Positions 63,787-64,000 of a DNA stretch of 64,000 nt are shown here, in pieces. A model generated the notes under the pieces. It saw only the letters and a program-made list of their open reading frames with translations, was not told where the DNA came from and ran no database searches. Numbering within the stretch: the stretch's first letter is position 1; each line of letters starts with the position of its first letter. Made by a program: the position numbers and the translations under genes. The DNA lies in contig CAWAQU010000010.1 of the NCBI GenBank assembly GCA_963784355.1, positions 1-64,000 on the forward strand. Direction: 5' to 3'. This DNA comes from an uncultured bacterium. GTDB taxonomy: Bacteria; Patescibacteriota; JACMRA01.

Positions 63787-64000
63787 TGATTATTTTACTA
63801 TTCTCAACCACCTTAATAATCACATAATTATGGGAAAAACTAGTAGTTCGCAAACCAAAATAAAAGTTAAAAAATATTTTTCACCAAAAATTAAACAAAT
63901 ACCAAATTTTTAAAAGTACTAAATTCAATACAGAAAAATTACAATTTCACATGAAGAAAGGAAAAATTATTTTCACCGGAAATTTTCTAGAGTATGTTTT

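Overview
Low-GC bacterial chromosome window, standard genetic code, with AT-rich starts lacking Shine-Dalgarno sites. The gene content suggests Patescibacteria/CPR (inference). Positions 1-25.6 kb are host genes: a Ser/Thr/Asn-rich secreted protein (partial), a pseudouridine synthase, Bcp, Hsp20, a ~17 kb frameshift-broken giant surface adhesin (Calx-beta/LamG-like/FN3/IPT/DUF2341/Gly-rich/SdrD-B), oligoendopeptidase F, a membrane muramidase-like protein, tRNA-Lys(TTT) and tRNA-Ala(GGC). Positions 25662-63786 appear to be a complete ~38 kb siphovirus-type prophage integrated in the 3' end of tRNA-Ala by a large serine recombinase, bounded by a 9-bp GTCCACCAT direct repeat. Unusual points in the prophage: attP lies inside the integrase 3' end, so integration changes the C-terminus, and 12-bp repeats surround it; no canonical CI repressor is visible, but there is a ~400-nt densely structured non-coding region before the replication initiator; a GTA-like head-spike pair has a fibre domain resembling the host adhesin; an M23 endolysin appears fused to a holin; spike and lysis genes sit between terL and portal; a 33-bp late-promoter motif is conserved; and there are two candidate -1 frameshifts. 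All family calls come from motif recognition by eye. No searches were run.
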